DNA of 64,000 bases from contig CANKXO010000007.1 in NCBI GenBank assembly GCA_947487765.1, positions 22,180-86,179 on the forward strand. The letters are read 5' to 3'. The notes beneath the pieces were generated by a model, which did no database searches, had not been told where the DNA came from, and saw only the letters and a list, made by a program, of their open reading frames with translations. Both the position numbers and the translations under genes were made by a program. The DNA comes from an uncultured Pseudomonadales bacterium (GTDB lineage: Bacteria > Pseudomonadota > Gammaproteobacteria > Pseudomonadales > Cellvibrionaceae). The stretch's first letter is position 1, and every line of letters begins with the position of its first letter. Of this stretch, positions 1-11,203 are shown in pieces.

Positions 1-1
1 T

Positions 2-253
2 GCAACTGGAATCGAAGAATCTAAGAAAATAGGTGACCTTACTGAAGGTCAAATGGATGAGTTACGTGCTGAAGTTGGCAAAGTTACCGTTGAGGGTGAC
101 TTACGTCGTGAAGTATCCATGAACATTAAGCGTTTAATGGATTTAGGTTGCTTTCGTGGTATCCGTCATCGTCGTAATCTACCACTACGTGGTCAACGGA
201 CTAAAACTAATGCCCGTACCCGTAAAGGTCCTCGTAAACCCATCAAGAAATAA
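2..253 (+). CDS. rpsM: 30S ribosomal protein S13, C-terminal part (5' end lies outside the window)
   Basis: Frame-2 translation ...[54 protein letters not shown] matches the S13 C-terminus; followed by rpsK-rpsD-rpoA-rplQ. Confidence 0.9.
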   Translation, partial: ATGIEESKKIGDLTEGQMDELRAEVGKVTVEGDLRREVSMNIKRLMDLGCFRGIRHRRNLPLRGQRTKTNARTRKGPRKPIKK

Positions 254-301
254 TCTCTCTTGAATTTCTACTTTCACAGTAAAAAAGGTTAGGTATTTGC
301 T

Positions 302-694
302 ATGGCTAAGCCAGGTAAACAAACAACAAAGAAAAAAGTTAAAAAGACGGTGGTCGATGGCGTTGCCCATGTCCATGCATCTTTCAACAACACAATTGTA
401 ACAATCACTGATCGCCAAGGTAATGCTCTTTCTTGGGCAACTGCAGGTGGCTCTGGCTTCCGTGGTTCTCGTAAAAGCACACCATTTGCTGCACAGGTTG
501 CTGCTGAGCGCGCTGGTCAAGCTGCGCTAGATTATGGTTTGAAAAACTTAGACGTTGAGGTTAAAGGTCCAGGACCTGGCCGTGAATCAGCTGTTCGTGC
601 ACTGAACAATGTCGGTTACACTATTACTAATATCACTGATGTGACGCCCATTCCTCATAATGGCTGCCGTCCACCTAAAAGACGCAGGGTATAG
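302..694 (+). CDS. rpsK: 30S ribosomal protein S11
   Basis: [15 protein letters not shown]...[12 protein letters not shown], full-length S11 signature. Confidence 0.96.
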   Translation: MAKPGKQTTKKKVKKTVVDGVAHVHASFNNTIVTITDRQGNALSWATAGGSGFRGSRKSTPFAAQVAAERAGQAALDYGLKNLDVEVKGPGPGRESAVRALNNVGYTITNITDVTPIPHNGCRPPKRRRV

Positions 695-704
695 GGGAAT
701 ATAA

Positions 705-1322
705 ATGGCTCGTTATCTTGGACCTACTTGTAAATTAGCTCGCCGTGAAGGTACAGATCTGTATCTGAAAAGCGGTGTTCGTCCTTTGGACTCAAAATGT
801 AAAATTGAAACAGCGCCTGGTATGCATGGTGTTCGTCGTGGTCGCTTATCTGACTATGGTGTTCAGTTACGTGAAAAGCAAAAAGTACGTCGTATGTACG
901 GTGTTCTTGAAAAGCAATTCCGTGGCTACTATAAAGAAGCTGCTCGTCGTAAAGGCGCAACAGGTGAAAACTTGTTACAACTTCTAGAATCTCGTCTTGA
1001 TAATGTTGTTTATCGCATGGGCTTCGGCGCTACACGTGCTGAATCTCGTCAATTGGTATCTCATAAAGCAATATTGATTAATGGTAGCACCGTTAATATT
1101 CCTTCTTATCAGGTACAAGTTAACGATGTTATCTCTATTCGTGAGAAAGCTAAAAATCAATTGCGTATTAAAAGTGCATTAGATTTGTCCGCTCAGCGCG
1201 AAGTAGAATGGGTAGAAGTTAATAATGGCAAGCTTGAAGGTACATTTAAACGTGTTCCTGATCGCGCTGATTTGCCAGCCGAAATTAACGAAAACTTAAT
1301 TGTTGAACTTTACTCAAAATAA
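705..1322 (+). CDS. rpsD: 30S ribosomal protein S4
   Basis: MARYLGP..LSRREGTDL...LIVELYSK typical S4. Confidence 0.96.
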   Translation: MARYLGPTCKLARREGTDLYLKSGVRPLDSKCKIETAPGMHGVRRGRLSDYGVQLREKQKVRRMYGVLEKQFRGYYKEAARRKGATGENLLQLLESRLDNVVYRMGFGATRAESRQLVSHKAILINGSTVNIPSYQVQVNDVISIREKAKNQLRIKSALDLSAQREVEWVEVNNGKLEGTFKRVPDRADLPAEINENLIVELYSK

Positions 1323-1403
1323 TTAGCTATATTTTTATATTCGCTATTATTTATGTAAGTTTTTATAAAAGTTAAAACTAAACTATTACCGGAAAAAGTA
1401 GGT

Positions 1404-2402
1404 ATGTCTATGCAAGCTGTGAACGAATTTTTGACACCACGTCATATTGATGTAACTGAAAATTCACCCACGCACGCCAAGGTTGTGTTGGAGCCTTTAG
1501 AACGAGGCTTCGGGCATACCTTAGGTAATGCATTACGCCGTATTTTATTGTCCTCAATGCCTGGTTGCGCCATTATCGAAGTAGAGATCGATGGTGTAGA
1601 GCATGAGTACAGTGCGATAGAAGGTGTACAAGAAGATGTTATTGAGATATTGCTAAACTTAAAAGGTGTAGCAGTAGTCATGAATGACGAAGAGAAGGTT
1701 CAAGCAACTGTTTCTCTAAGCAAAAGTGGCCCTGGTGTTGTGACGGCTGGCGATATTATTGTTGATCATGGTGTTGAAATTAAAAACCCTGATCATGTTA
1801 TCGCTACTATCACAGGCAAGGTTGATCTTAACATGCATATTACCATTGCTCGTGGGCGTGGTTATCAGCCAGCTGATGCACGAGTGAGTGATGAAGAAGA
1901 AACTCGTACAATTGGTCGTTTGCAGTTAGATGCATCATTTAGTCCAGTTAAACGATTAGCTTATTCTGTTGAGAGTGCACGTGTTGAGCAACGTACGGAC
2001 TTGGATAAATTGGTACTTGATCTAGAAACTGACGGTACAATTGATCCTGAAGAAGCTATTCGTCGTTCTGCTACTATCCTGCAGCAGCAGCTTGCAGTGT
2101 TTGTTGATCTTGAGCATGAGAAGTCATCTGAGCCAGAAACGAAAGAAGTCGAAATCGATCCAATTCTTTTGCGACCTGTTGATGACTTAGAGCTAACAGT
2201 TCGTTCGGCGAATTGCTTGAAAGCAGAAAATATTTATTACATTGGTGATCTAGTTCAGCGCACAGAAGTTGAATTGTTGAAAACACCAAACTTAGGTAAA
2301 AAATCTCTTACAGAGATTAAAGATGTTCTAGCCTCTCGTGGATTATCACTAGGCTTGCGTCTAGAAAATTGGCCACCAGCCAGTTTACGTAACGAAGATT
2401 AA
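1404..2402 (+). CDS. rpoA: DNA-directed RNA polymerase subunit alpha
   Basis: [28 protein letters not shown] ... [31 protein letters not shown]; start may be 1410. Confidence 0.96.
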   Translation: MSMQAVNEFLTPRHIDVTENSPTHAKVVLEPLERGFGHTLGNALRRILLSSMPGCAIIEVEIDGVEHEYSAIEGVQEDVIEILLNLKGVAVVMNDEEKVQATVSLSKSGPGVVTAGDIIVDHGVEIKNPDHVIATITGKVDLNMHITIARGRGYQPADARVSDEEETRTIGRLQLDASFSPVKRLAYSVESARVEQRTDLDKLVLDLETDGTIDPEEAIRRSATILQQQLAVFVDLEHEKSSEPETKEVEIDPILLRPVDDLELTVRSANCLKAENIYYIGDLVQRTEVELLKTPNLGKKSLTEIKDVLASRGLSLGLRLENWPPASLRNED

Positions 2403-2486
2403 TATTGTTAAAATTGAATGTGCTAACGATTAGTTAGCCTTTATAAATTATTGCTGTGAAGCAGGAAATACGGAAGGGTTAAAGTC

Positions 2487-2882
2487 ATGCGTCATCGTCA
2501 AAGCGGACGTCAGCTGAATCGTAACAGTTCTCATCGTAAAGCTATGTTTAAAAACATGAGTATATCTCTTGTTGAACATGAATTGATTAAGACAACTGTA
2601 CCTAAAGCTAAAGAATTACGTCGTCATATTGAGCCATTAATTACTTTGGCTAAAAAAGATAATGTAGCTAACCGTCGTTTAGCGTTTAGTCGCTTAAACT
2701 CTAAAGAAGCTGTTGGTAAACTATTTAGTGACTTAGGGCCTCGTTACGAGTCACGCCCAGGTGGTTACGTACGTATTTTGAAGTGTGGTTACCGCACGGG
2801 TGATAAAGCACCAATGGCTTATGTTGAGTTGGTGGATCGTCAAACTGATGTTGCTGAAGATGAAGTGGCAACTGAAGAGTAA
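2487..2882 (+). CDS. rplQ: 50S ribosomal protein L17
   Basis: [24 protein letters not shown]... typical L17. Confidence 0.96.
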   Translation: MRHRQSGRQLNRNSSHRKAMFKNMSISLVEHELIKTTVPKAKELRRHIEPLITLAKKDNVANRRLAFSRLNSKEAVGKLFSDLGPRYESRPGGYVRILKCGYRTGDKAPMAYVELVDRQTDVAEDEVATEE

Positions 2883-2898
2883 AAATTATCAAGTATCA

Positions 2899-2927
2899 AA
2901 AAGCCAGCATTAGCTGGCTTTTTTTTG
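2899..2927. terminator. Rho-independent terminator (bidirectional) after rplQ and after the convergent GGDEF-EAL gene
   Basis: aagccagc-atta-gctggctt stem-loop followed by a T6 tract; an A-tract precedes it. Confidence 0.8.
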
Positions 2928-2928
2928 C

Positions 2929-4791
2929 CTACAATTTATAGGATCTTTGTGAATTGTAGTTCTTGTTGTAGTTTATAAAATTATCCGCCGGTAGAGGTTT
3001 ACTGAAATAGAACCCTTGTATTATTTTGCAGCCTAAGTCTTCTAATAAATTTAATTTTTCTTGGCTATCTACACCCTCTGCGATCAAGTTAACTCCGATT
3101 TTATTGCATAGCTCAATCATGGCTTCTGCAATGGCCGCGTCTTTTGGTGAATCAATAATATCTTTCACAAATATTCTGTCGAGTTTTAAACAATCGATGG
3201 GAAATGCTTTCAAATACCCTAGTGATGAATAGCCGCTACCAAAGTCATCGATGGCTAACCGAAATCCATCTTCTTTAAGGTTTTTTAAGGCCTCTAAATT
3301 TTTAGGTGTTATATCGATAAAAGCATCTTCTGTTAATTCAAATTCTATTTGGTGTTTCTGAAGAGAGAAATTGCTACAAATTTCAGAAATGGTTTCATAA
3401 GCTTTTTGCTGACGAATAAATTTGGGCGGGATGTTGATAGAAACATGCATGTCTTCATTAACGATTCCTTGCTTCAGCCATTGTTCCCAAAGCCCTAGTG
3501 CGTTAGCGATGATCCACTCTGTTGCGGGTATGATTAAGCCTGTATCGTCGAGTGCAGGGATAAAACCATTTGGCGGTATGATACCGTAATCGGGGTGGCT
3601 CCAGCGTACTAACGCTTCAGCTCCATATAGTTTACCTGTTTGGATATCTATTTGTGGTTGAAAATAGAGTTCTAATTGGTCTTCTTCGATTGCTACTCGT
3701 AAATTCTTTTCTAAATTATTTCGAATCTGAGCGGTTACTTGTAACTCGCGGGTAAAGAAGCCAACTTGGTTACCTCCTTTTTTCTTCGCAGCGTACATGA
3801 CAATATCAGAGTTTTTCAGAATGCTTTCGGCATTAACATCTTTTTCATCGTTGGAGCTGGATACTCCGATGCTGCATGTAGTGAAAATAGGCCTGTTATC
3901 GATAATAAATGGTTCGGCAAGCGTATTGATAATTTTATTTGCAATGGCATTGACAGTACTTAAATCTTTGACGTTTTCGTAGAGAATAGTGAACTCATCG
4001 CCGCCCAATCTTGCAACAGTGTCAGTATCTCTCACACAATTTTTTAGCCTATTAGCAACCTGTATTAAAAGAGCATCACCAACAGCATGCCCCATGGTGT
4101 CATTAATTGTTTTGAAGTTATCAAGGTCAAGCAGCATGACAACAACGTGATTCTCTATGACTTGGCGTTTGGTATTTTCGAGAGCATGTTTTAATCGATC
4201 CATAAAAATGGGACGATTAGATAGCTTAGTCAGTGCATCATGATGTGCTAATAGCTGTAATTCCTTTTCTGTTTTTTTACGCTCAATAGCATAACGAATG
4301 GTGCGATCTATAATTTTTAGACTGAATTCGTCTTTATGAATATAGTCTTGTGCACCATAGTGAATGACTTCATTGATAATGGTTTCATCATGACTTCCAG
4401 TAAGGACAATAATCGGTGTGTCGCGGTTGCAACGGCGGACTTTTTCTAAGGTGTCAATGCCTGTGCTATCAGGAAGTGAAAGGTCTAAGAAGATAATGTC
4501 ATAACTATGATCTTTTAGCTTTTCAATTGCTGTAGATAGAGTACTGCTATTTTCAATTTTATAGTTTGTACGGCTTTTTCTGTGGAGTTGCTCGGTAACA
4601 AGGTGGATGTCTGCCTCGCTATCTTCAATATGTAAAATTGAGATGTGCTGGGCTGGGTCTGGTCCTTTGACCATATTTATATCGCGTGTTTCTGCCGTCA
4701 TAACTGCTCTTGATAGCTTTTTACGTATAGGTAATGCTAGAAGTATCCCTGACGAGATAGATACAGTTAAGTATAGATGAGGTTTCGACAA
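2929..4791 (-). CDS. Response-regulator receiver + GGDEF + EAL domain protein (c-di-GMP turnover)
   Basis: REC-like DIIFLDLSLPD, GGDEF motif RLGGDEFTIL, EAL motif YGAEALVRW; the annotated start is a TTG and an internal ATG near 4700 (MTAETRD...) is an alternative start. Confidence 0.85.
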   Translation of the reverse strand: MSKPHLYLTVSISSGILLALPIRKKLSRAVMTAETRDINMVKGPDPAQHISILHIEDSEADIHLVTEQLHRKSRTNYKIENSSTLSTAIEKLKDHSYDIIFLDLSLPDSTGIDTLEKVRRCNRDTPIIVLTGSHDETIINEVIHYGAQDYIHKDEFSLKIIDRTIRYAIERKKTEKELQLLAHHDALTKLSNRPIFMDRLKHALENTKRQVIENHVVVMLLDLDNFKTINDTMGHAVGDALLIQVANRLKNCVRDTDTVARLGGDEFTILYENVKDLSTVNAIANKIINTLAEPFIIDNRPIFTTCSIGVSSSNDEKDVNAESILKNSDIVMYAAKKKGGNQVGFFTRELQVTAQIRNNLEKNLRVAIEEDQLELYFQPQIDIQTGKLYGAEALVRWSHPDYGIIPPNGFIPALDDTGLIIPATEWIIANALGLWEQWLKQGIVNEDMHVSINIPPKFIRQQKAYETISEICSNFSLQKHQIEFELTEDAFIDITPKNLEALKNLKEDGFRLAIDDFGSGYSSLGYLKAFPIDCLKLDRIFVKDIIDSPKDAAIAEAMIELCNKIGVNLIAEGVDSQEKLNLLEDLGCKIIQGFYFSKPLPADNFINYNKNYNSQRSYKL

Positions 4792-4846
4792 TTTCAGGGA
4801 AATTGCCGAGATTGTAGAAAGGAGCTTTTATAGACCTAAATGTTAT

Positions 4847-7666
4847 TTATAGTAACTTTTTTAAAAACGCTCCAGTATGAGACAGTTTAACTTCACAAAT
4901 GGCTTCTGGAGTACCTTCGGCGATGATTTGGCCGCCACCACTGCCACCTTCGGGGCCTAGGTCAATAATCCAATCAGCTGTTTTAACAACGTCTAAATTG
5001 TGCTCGATGACGACAATAGTATTGCCGTGGTCGCGCAATCGATGCAGAACAGTTAAGAGTTGTTGGATATCATGGAAGTGGAGCCCTGTTGTGGGTTCGT
5101 CCAATATATAGAGCGTCTGGCCAGTATCTCTTTTAGAGAGTTCTTTTGATAACTTAACACGTTGAGCTTCACCACCCGAAAGGGTCGTTGCAGACTGCCC
5201 TAAACGAATATAAGAGAGGCCAACATCAATCAAGGTTTGCAGTTTGCGTGCAATCGCGGGTATGGCATCAAAAAACTCACGAGCATCCTCAATCGTCATA
5301 TCTAAGACTTGATGGATATTTTTCCCTTTGTAAAGAATCTCTAATGTCTCGCGGTTATAGCGTTTACCATGACAAACATCGCAAGCCACATAGACATCCG
5401 GTAGAAAATGCATTTCTACTTTAACAACACCGTCGCCTTGGCAGGCTTCGCAGCGTCCGCCTTTAACATTGAAGCTAAACCTCCCCGGCTTATAACCACG
5501 AGAGCGTGCTTCCTGTGTGCCAGAAAATAGCTCCCTGATGGGAGTAAAGATACCTGTATAGGTCGCTGGGTTTGATCGTGGCGTTCGGCCAATTGGGCTT
5601 TGGTCAATATCGACACACTTGTCAGCATGTTCCAGCCCTGTTATCTCTTTATAAGGAGCTGGCTTTAGAGTAGTTGCGCCATTCAATTCTGTTGCGACAA
5701 TGGGGTAAAGAGTCCCGTTAATCAATGTTGATTTTCCTGAGCCTGAAACACCGGTGATACACGTCATTAAGCCAAAAGGAATCGTCAGCGTTACATCTTG
5801 TAGATTATTGCCTGTGGCTCCACTTAAGACGAGCTGCTTTTCTGGATCCGCTTGGTGGCGCTTTTCAGGAACAATAATTTTCTTCTTTCCTGATAAATAC
5901 TGGCCAGTAAGCGAATGCTTACTTTTTGTAATATCCTTCAATTTACCTTGGGCGATAATCTCGCCACCGTGAACGCCCGCTCCCGGACCGATATCGATCA
6001 CGTGGTCTGCTTCACGAATAGCATCTTCATCATGTTCTACAACGATTACGGTATTGCCTAGGTCGCGTAAATGAATCAGTGTTTTCAATAGCCGCTCGTT
6101 ATCGCGCTGATGTAAGCCAATGGATGGTTCATCGAGAATATACATAACCCCAACTAAGCCCGCACCAATTTGGCTAGCTAAACGAATACGTTGTGCCTCG
6201 CCACCAGATAACGTCTCTGCACTGCGGTTCAATGTTAAATAGTTCAGGCCAACATCGTTAAGAAATCGAAACCGATCGCCAATTTCTTTCAATATTTTGT
6301 CAGCAATTTCGCCTTTGGCGCCCGTTAGTGTTAATTGCTGAAAATAATCATAGGCTTCGCCAATAGGGTAGGTGCAGATGTCGGGTAGTATTTTATTATC
6401 GATAAATACATTGCGTGCTTCTTCTCGTAATCGAGTCCCATTACAGCTGGGGCAATGTTGAGTTGACAATAGTTTGGCTAGATCTTCTCGTACTGTCTGG
6501 GATTCGGTATCCCTGTAGCGTCTCTCTAAGTTAGGAATTACACCTTCGAATGTATGTTTGCGCTTATAAGTATCGCCACGGTCATTAACATACGTAAAAT
6601 TGATTTCAGTGTCTCCAGAACCGAAGAGAATCACGTCTCTTTGTGCTTTTTTTAATTTTTCCCATGGAGTATCGGTATTAAATTTAAAATGTTTGGCTAG
6701 AGATTCCAGCATATGGAAATAATAGATATTACGTTTATCCCAGCCTCTTATAGCTCCTTCGGAGAGTGACGACTCAGGGAATTGGACAATTTTGCTTTCG
6801 TCGAAGTATTGTTTGACGCCGAGACCATCACAGGCAGGGCACGCACCTGCTGGATTGTTGAACGAGAATAATCTGGGCTCTAGTTCTGTAAGTGAATAGT
6901 CACAAACTGGGCAGGCATGTTTTGTCGAGAATATCTGATCTTCTCGCTCACCATCCATATAGCTAATTGCGATCAGGCCGCTCGATAACGTAACGCCTGT
7001 TTCAATGGATTCGGCCAGCCTGAGTTGTAAGTCATCGCGGACTTTAAATCGATCAACAACCGCATCGATTGTGTGCTTTTTCTTTTTGTCGAGTTCGGGT
7101 ACTTCATCTAAATCAACAACAAGACCATCAACTCTGACTCGAACAAAACCATCACGTCGTAACTGTTCAAAGACATGAACATGCTCACCTTTACGGTCAC
7201 GGACTATCGGTGCTAAGAGCATTAGTTTCGTGCCTTCAGGTAAGGCCAAAATAGAATCAACAATTTCACTTACAGTTTGTGCGGCAAGTGGAACGCCATG
7301 AGTAGGGCAGCGGGCTTCGCCAACGCGAGCGAAGAGCAAGCGCAAATAGTCGTATATTTCTGTAATAGTTCCTACGGTTGATCGGGGGTTGTGAGAGGTT
7401 GATTTCTGTTCGATTGAAATTGCCGGGCTTAGTCCTTCAATATGATCGACATCGGGTTTTTCCATCATCGACAGAAATTGTCGTGCGTAAGTAGAAAGTG
7501 ATTCGACGTAGCGTCGTTGCCCTTCAGCATAAAGTGTATCAAATGCTAACGATGATTTTCCTGAGCCGGATAGTCCAGTGATAACAATAAATTTATCGCG
7601 AGGAATGTTGAGATCAATGTTTTTTAAATTATGGGTGCGTGCACCCCGAACAGTAATAGTATCCAC
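4847..7666 (-). CDS. uvrA: Excinuclease ABC subunit A
   Basis: [58 protein letters not shown]... two ABC ATPase modules and zinc-finger cysteines. Confidence 0.97.
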   Translation of the reverse strand: MDTITVRGARTHNLKNIDLNIPRDKFIVITGLSGSGKSSLAFDTLYAEGQRRYVESLSTYARQFLSMMEKPDVDHIEGLSPAISIEQKSTSHNPRSTVGTITEIYDYLRLLFARVGEARCPTHGVPLAAQTVSEIVDSILALPEGTKLMLLAPIVRDRKGEHVHVFEQLRRDGFVRVRVDGLVVDLDEVPELDKKKKHTIDAVVDRFKVRDDLQLRLAESIETGVTLSSGLIAISYMDGEREDQIFSTKHACPVCDYSLTELEPRLFSFNNPAGACPACDGLGVKQYFDESKIVQFPESSLSEGAIRGWDKRNIYYFHMLESLAKHFKFNTDTPWEKLKKAQRDVILFGSGDTEINFTYVNDRGDTYKRKHTFEGVIPNLERRYRDTESQTVREDLAKLLSTQHCPSCNGTRLREEARNVFIDNKILPDICTYPIGEAYDYFQQLTLTGAKGEIADKILKEIGDRFRFLNDVGLNYLTLNRSAETLSGGEAQRIRLASQIGAGLVGVMYILDEPSIGLHQRDNERLLKTLIHLRDLGNTVIVVEHDEDAIREADHVIDIGPGAGVHGGEIIAQGKLKDITKSKHSLTGQYLSGKKKIIVPEKRHQADPEKQLVLSGATGNNLQDVTLTIPFGLMTCITGVSGSGKSTLINGTLYPIVATELNGATTLKPAPYKEITGLEHADKCVDIDQSPIGRTPRSNPATYTGIFTPIRELFSGTQEARSRGYKPGRFSFNVKGGRCEACQGDGVVKVEMHFLPDVYVACDVCHGKRYNRETLEILYKGKNIHQVLDMTIEDAREFFDAIPAIARKLQTLIDVGLSYIRLGQSATTLSGGEAQRVKLSKELSKRDTGQTLYILDEPTTGLHFHDIQQLLTVLHRLRDHGNTIVVIEHNLDVVKTADWIIDLGPEGGSGGGQIIAEGTPEAICEVKLSHTGAFLKKLL

Positions 7667-7945
7667 AAAAACGACTCAGTGACGGAATAAACAGCGAAGT
7701 ATAATTCATTAGGGTGAATGGGGGCAGGTTGTTTCCCTCAAAAAACTACTTTTAGATTCAGTATGAACAATATATTTCAGTATTGATTATTTCTCAGTCA
7801 TTTGAATGTATAAAGCAAAGTGATCCATTATTTTGAAACAACATTAAGCAGGTTCGCTATCCTATTATTTTTCGAGGGCTGATATTCCTTAACAGCGATG
7901 CACTCGCTTGATAGAATGCCGTGTTACTCATTATTTTAGGTCGTC

Positions 7946-9145
7946 ATGTCCGCAGTAAAAACCTCAGAATCTCGTGCCGTCTTCTCTCTTGCTTCTCTTT
8001 ATATAGTCCGGATGCTGGGCTTATTTATGGTTTTGCCTGTATTGACGTTATCAGGTGGGGAATATGCAGGAAGCAATGTGTTTTTATTGGGCGTCGCTTT
8101 AGGGGTTTATGGCTTGACGCAAGCTTGTTTGCAAATCCCCTATGGCATCCTCTCAGATCGATATGGCCGTAAACCCTTAGTTGTTATTGGGTTAATCGTG
8201 TTTGCACTTGGCTCAGTAGTAGCGGCATCAGCAGAGACCATTGAAGGATTAATTATCGGGCGTGCTCTGCAAGGTGCTGGTGCGATTGCAGGCGTCATTA
8301 TGGCAATGGTGGGTGACCTCACAACCGATACCAGTCGAACCAAAGCAATGGCGACCATTGGCGCTTCAATTGGTGTTGCCTTTGCTTTATCTCTCGTGAT
8401 TGGGCCGGTGATTACGGGCTTAGGCGGGATTCGTTGGGTATTCTGGATAACACTGATTTTGTCATTTATTGGTATTGTTATTTTGGTGTGGGGAGTGCCA
8501 GCAGTGCCAGAAGGCAAATCTCGCCGACTCCTTTCTATTACAGATTTGAAAGAGGTTGCCAGTGATTTCAACTTATTCCGGCTCAATGTTGGTATCTTTA
8601 TATTGCATGCTGTACTGATGGCTTTGTTTGTGGCTATTCCTTTATTGCTTGAGTTAGTAGGTATTGCTCAACGTCAGCATGCTTGGGTTTATTTAGGTGT
8701 AATGGGCATCGCTTTTGTATTGATGGTCCCTCTGATTATTATTGGCGAACGCCAGCAAAAACTGAAATCCATCTTTTTAGGTATGTTAGTTGTAGCCGCA
8801 GTGGCATTGATAGGGTTATTCCTTGTTGCCAGTCATATGATGCTAGTACTACTGTGCATCTTATTATTCTTTATCAGCTTTAATTATTTAGAAGCAACAT
8901 TACCGTCTCTGATGAGTAAAATCGTTCCGGAGCATGCCCGAGGCGCAGGTTCTGGTTTATTTTCAACCTGTCAATTTTTGGGTGCTGCGACAGGCGGCAT
9001 TCTGGGTGGCTGGCTATTTACCCACTTTGGCCTTTCGGGCCTGATGGTGGTTTGTGCGAGTGCATTTGTGGTTTGGTGGTTGTTAGCCCTTAAGATGATT
9101 GTGCCAAAACGAACCGCTATATCTGCCGAAAATGTGGTAGCATAA
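7946..9145 (+). CDS. MFS transporter (12-TM predicted)
   Basis: hydrophobic 399 aa, GxLaDrxGrkp-like MFS motif (SDRYGRKPL). Confidence 0.8.
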   Translation: MSAVKTSESRAVFSLASLYIVRMLGLFMVLPVLTLSGGEYAGSNVFLLGVALGVYGLTQACLQIPYGILSDRYGRKPLVVIGLIVFALGSVVAASAETIEGLIIGRALQGAGAIAGVIMAMVGDLTTDTSRTKAMATIGASIGVAFALSLVIGPVITGLGGIRWVFWITLILSFIGIVILVWGVPAVPEGKSRRLLSITDLKEVASDFNLFRLNVGIFILHAVLMALFVAIPLLLELVGIAQRQHAWVYLGVMGIAFVLMVPLIIIGERQQKLKSIFLGMLVVAAVALIGLFLVASHMMLVLLCILLFFISFNYLEATLPSLMSKIVPEHARGAGSGLFSTCQFLGAATGGILGGWLFTHFGLSGLMVVCASAFVVWWLLALKMIVPKRTAISAENVVA

Positions 9146-9181
9146 CGCCCTTGTAACATTAAAAAAATAGAGGAAAATCTA

Positions 9182-9712
9182 ATGGCTCGCGGAATCAATA
9201 AAGTCATTCTTGTCGGTAATTTAGGACAAGATCCAGAGGTACGTTATATGCCTTCTGGCGGTGCTGTCACTAACGTCAGCATTGCTACCTCCGAGAGCTG
9301 GAAAGATAAGCAAACCGGTCAGCCGGTTGATCGTACTGAATGGCATCGCGTTGTATTTTTCAACCGCTTGGCTGAGATTGCAGGCGAGTACCTTAAAAAA
9401 GGCTCTCAGATCTATATTGAAGGCAAGCTGCAGACTCGTAAATGGCAAGATCAATCGGGTTCAGATCGCTACACGACAGAAATTGTTGCGAATGAATTGC
9501 AAATGCTCGGTGGTCGTCAAGGTAGCGATATGAGCGGCGGTATGGGTGGTGATCCCGGTTACGGTGCAGACCAAAGCTATGGTGGTGCCCCAATGGGCGG
9601 TGCTCCAGCGCAAAAACCACAAGCAGCGCCTCGGCCTCAGGCTCCTCAACAAGCTCCAGCACCTGCTGCACCTCAAGGAATGGATAGCTTCGATGATGAT
9701 ATACCGTTCTAG
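9182..9712 (+). CDS. ssb: Single-stranded DNA-binding protein
   Basis: [31 protein letters not shown]..., Gly/Gln/Pro-rich tail ending DDDIPF. Confidence 0.95.
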   Translation: MARGINKVILVGNLGQDPEVRYMPSGGAVTNVSIATSESWKDKQTGQPVDRTEWHRVVFFNRLAEIAGEYLKKGSQIYIEGKLQTRKWQDQSGSDRYTTEIVANELQMLGGRQGSDMSGGMGGDPGYGADQSYGGAPMGGAPAQKPQAAPRPQAPQQAPAPAAPQGMDSFDDDIPF

Positions 9713-9750
9713 GATTTTCCTAGTGCTAGTATTGTAAAATTTTTATTCTT

Positions 9751-9778
9751 AAGGCCCTGTTTTTACAGGGCTTTTTTG
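9751..9778 (+). terminator. Rho-independent terminator after ssb
   Basis: gccctgt-tttt-acagggc stem followed by a T6 tract. Confidence 0.8.
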
Positions 9779-9817
9779 TATTTTTTAGGGTTGCTTGTTT
9801 AGCCTCACAGAAAATGT

Positions 9818-11203
9818 TTACCAATGCCCCCCTAAGGCTAAATAAAGGTCTGTTCGTTGATCTAGTATTAAGCGTTTTATTGTCGTTAAGTTAGATTTAG
9901 CGCCAATTAATCGTTGCTGGATGGCAAGTACATCTAGCAGATTAATTTCACCCTCTTTATAACGTAAGCTGGAAATGCGATAAGCTTCTCGAGCCTGTTG
10001 TTCAACAATGACCAGTTCTTCTTTACGTTTGTCCAATACGACACCTTGATCAAGGGACGTTTCCACTTCGTTGAAAGCGTTGAGAGCCATTTGCCCATAA
10101 GTAAATAGGGTTTGTTTCTGCTCTGCCGTTGCAGCGTCTATTTGGGCTTGTTTGGCACCGCCATCAAAAATAGAGGCGAGCAGGTTTGCACCTAGACGCC
10201 AAGTCGTATTGGCGGGGTCTAGAACGCTTGATAGTGAATTAGACGCTCCCCCTAAATTGCCGGTTAAGCTCAGAGACGGCAATCGAGCAGCTTTGGCAAC
10301 TTCCCGTTTATTAAAGGCAGCGGCAACACGGCGTTCAGCAGCAACTAAATCGGGTCGTCGTTCCAATAGTTCAGAGGGAATACCTGCGGGTGGCGCCAGT
10401 GGTGTTTTGGGTAATGATGCTCGTACTTGTAACTCCGCATTGGGGTAACGACCGAGTAGCACTTCTAAGGCCCTGGTAGCACTTCGCTGTGCGCCTTCTA
10501 GGGTAATTAACTGTTCGCGAGCACTGGCTATATCCGAGCGAGTCAATGCAAGGTCTTGAGCAGAGACAATCCCATTTTTGTACTGCACATCGACGATACG
10601 CAAGGTTTCTTCCAGTATCTCTAAACGCTCCATCGCTACGGCAATCTGACTATTGGCATCAATCAATGCAAAATAAGCTTTGGCCGTTGTGGCAGCCAAT
10701 GAGTGTTGGGTATAGCGAAAATCTGCTTGTGCAGCTCGTGCACTATTTGCGGCGGCTTGTTCGTTACTGCGAATACGTCCCCACAAATCTACCTCCCAGC
10801 TGACTTGTAAACCAATGCTTCGACTGTCGATGGGGGCAGTCGAAGCATCACGGCTTCCGGTTCGACTCCCTTCTGTTGATAATCCCGCATTCGGTAATAA
10901 TGCAGCACCTGCTTGCTTTGCTAGCGCTTGTGCACTTTCTACACCTGCGGAAGCGGCCAGTAAATTACGATTATTCGCTTGTGCTTCGCTCACCAGTGCT
11001 GTTAATACATCATCATTGAATGACTCTAACCAATTAACTGTAATGTCATTGCGATTTGCTTGGCTACTCCATTCTGAAGCAGTGAACGTCGTTTGTCCCG
11101 CAAGCTTTTCTTTAACTGCTTGTTCCGTTTGCTTTGTTGAAGCCGTACCACAACTGAGTAAGGTCACCGCAATCATAGGTATTAATACTATTTTAATCGC
11201 CAT
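9818..11203 (-). CDS. RND efflux outer-membrane factor lipoprotein (NodT/OprM family)
   Basis: lipobox LLSCG; OMF family length and repeat organisation; last gene of the MFP-RND-OMF operon. Confidence 0.85.
   Translation of the reverse strand: MAIKIVLIPMIAVTLLSCGTASTKQTEQAVKEKLAGQTTFTASEWSSQANRNDITVNWLESFNDDVLTALVSEAQANNRNLLAASAGVESAQALAKQAGAALLPNAGLSTEGSRTGSRDASTAPIDSRSIGLQVSWEVDLWGRIRSNEQAAANSARAAQADFRYTQHSLAATTAKAYFALIDANSQIAVAMERLEILEETLRIVDVQYKNGIVSAQDLALTRSDIASAREQLITLEGAQRSATRALEVLLGRYPNAELQVRASLPKTPLAPPAGIPSELLERRPDLVAAERRVAAAFNKREVAKAARLPSLSLTGNLGGASNSLSSVLDPANTTWRLGANLLASIFDGGAKQAQIDAATAEQKQTLFTYGQMALNAFNEVETSLDQGVVLDKRKEELVIVEQQAREAYRISSLRYKEGEINLLDVLAIQQRLIGAKSNLTTIKRLILDQRTDLYLALGGHW

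Noticed and set aside
4702-4791. N-terminal 30 aa of the GGDEF-EAL ORF (TTG start, hydrophobic stretch) as a TM anchor
   Set aside because: The start codon is non-canonical. My reading of the line junction at 4740/4741 gave a frame inconsistency that I could not resolve. The conserved REC domain starts just after an internal ATG, which is the safer start.
7667-7945. SOS (LexA) box between uvrA and the MFS/ssb unit
   Set aside because: No CTGT-N8-ACAG or close variant could be found by eye on either strand.
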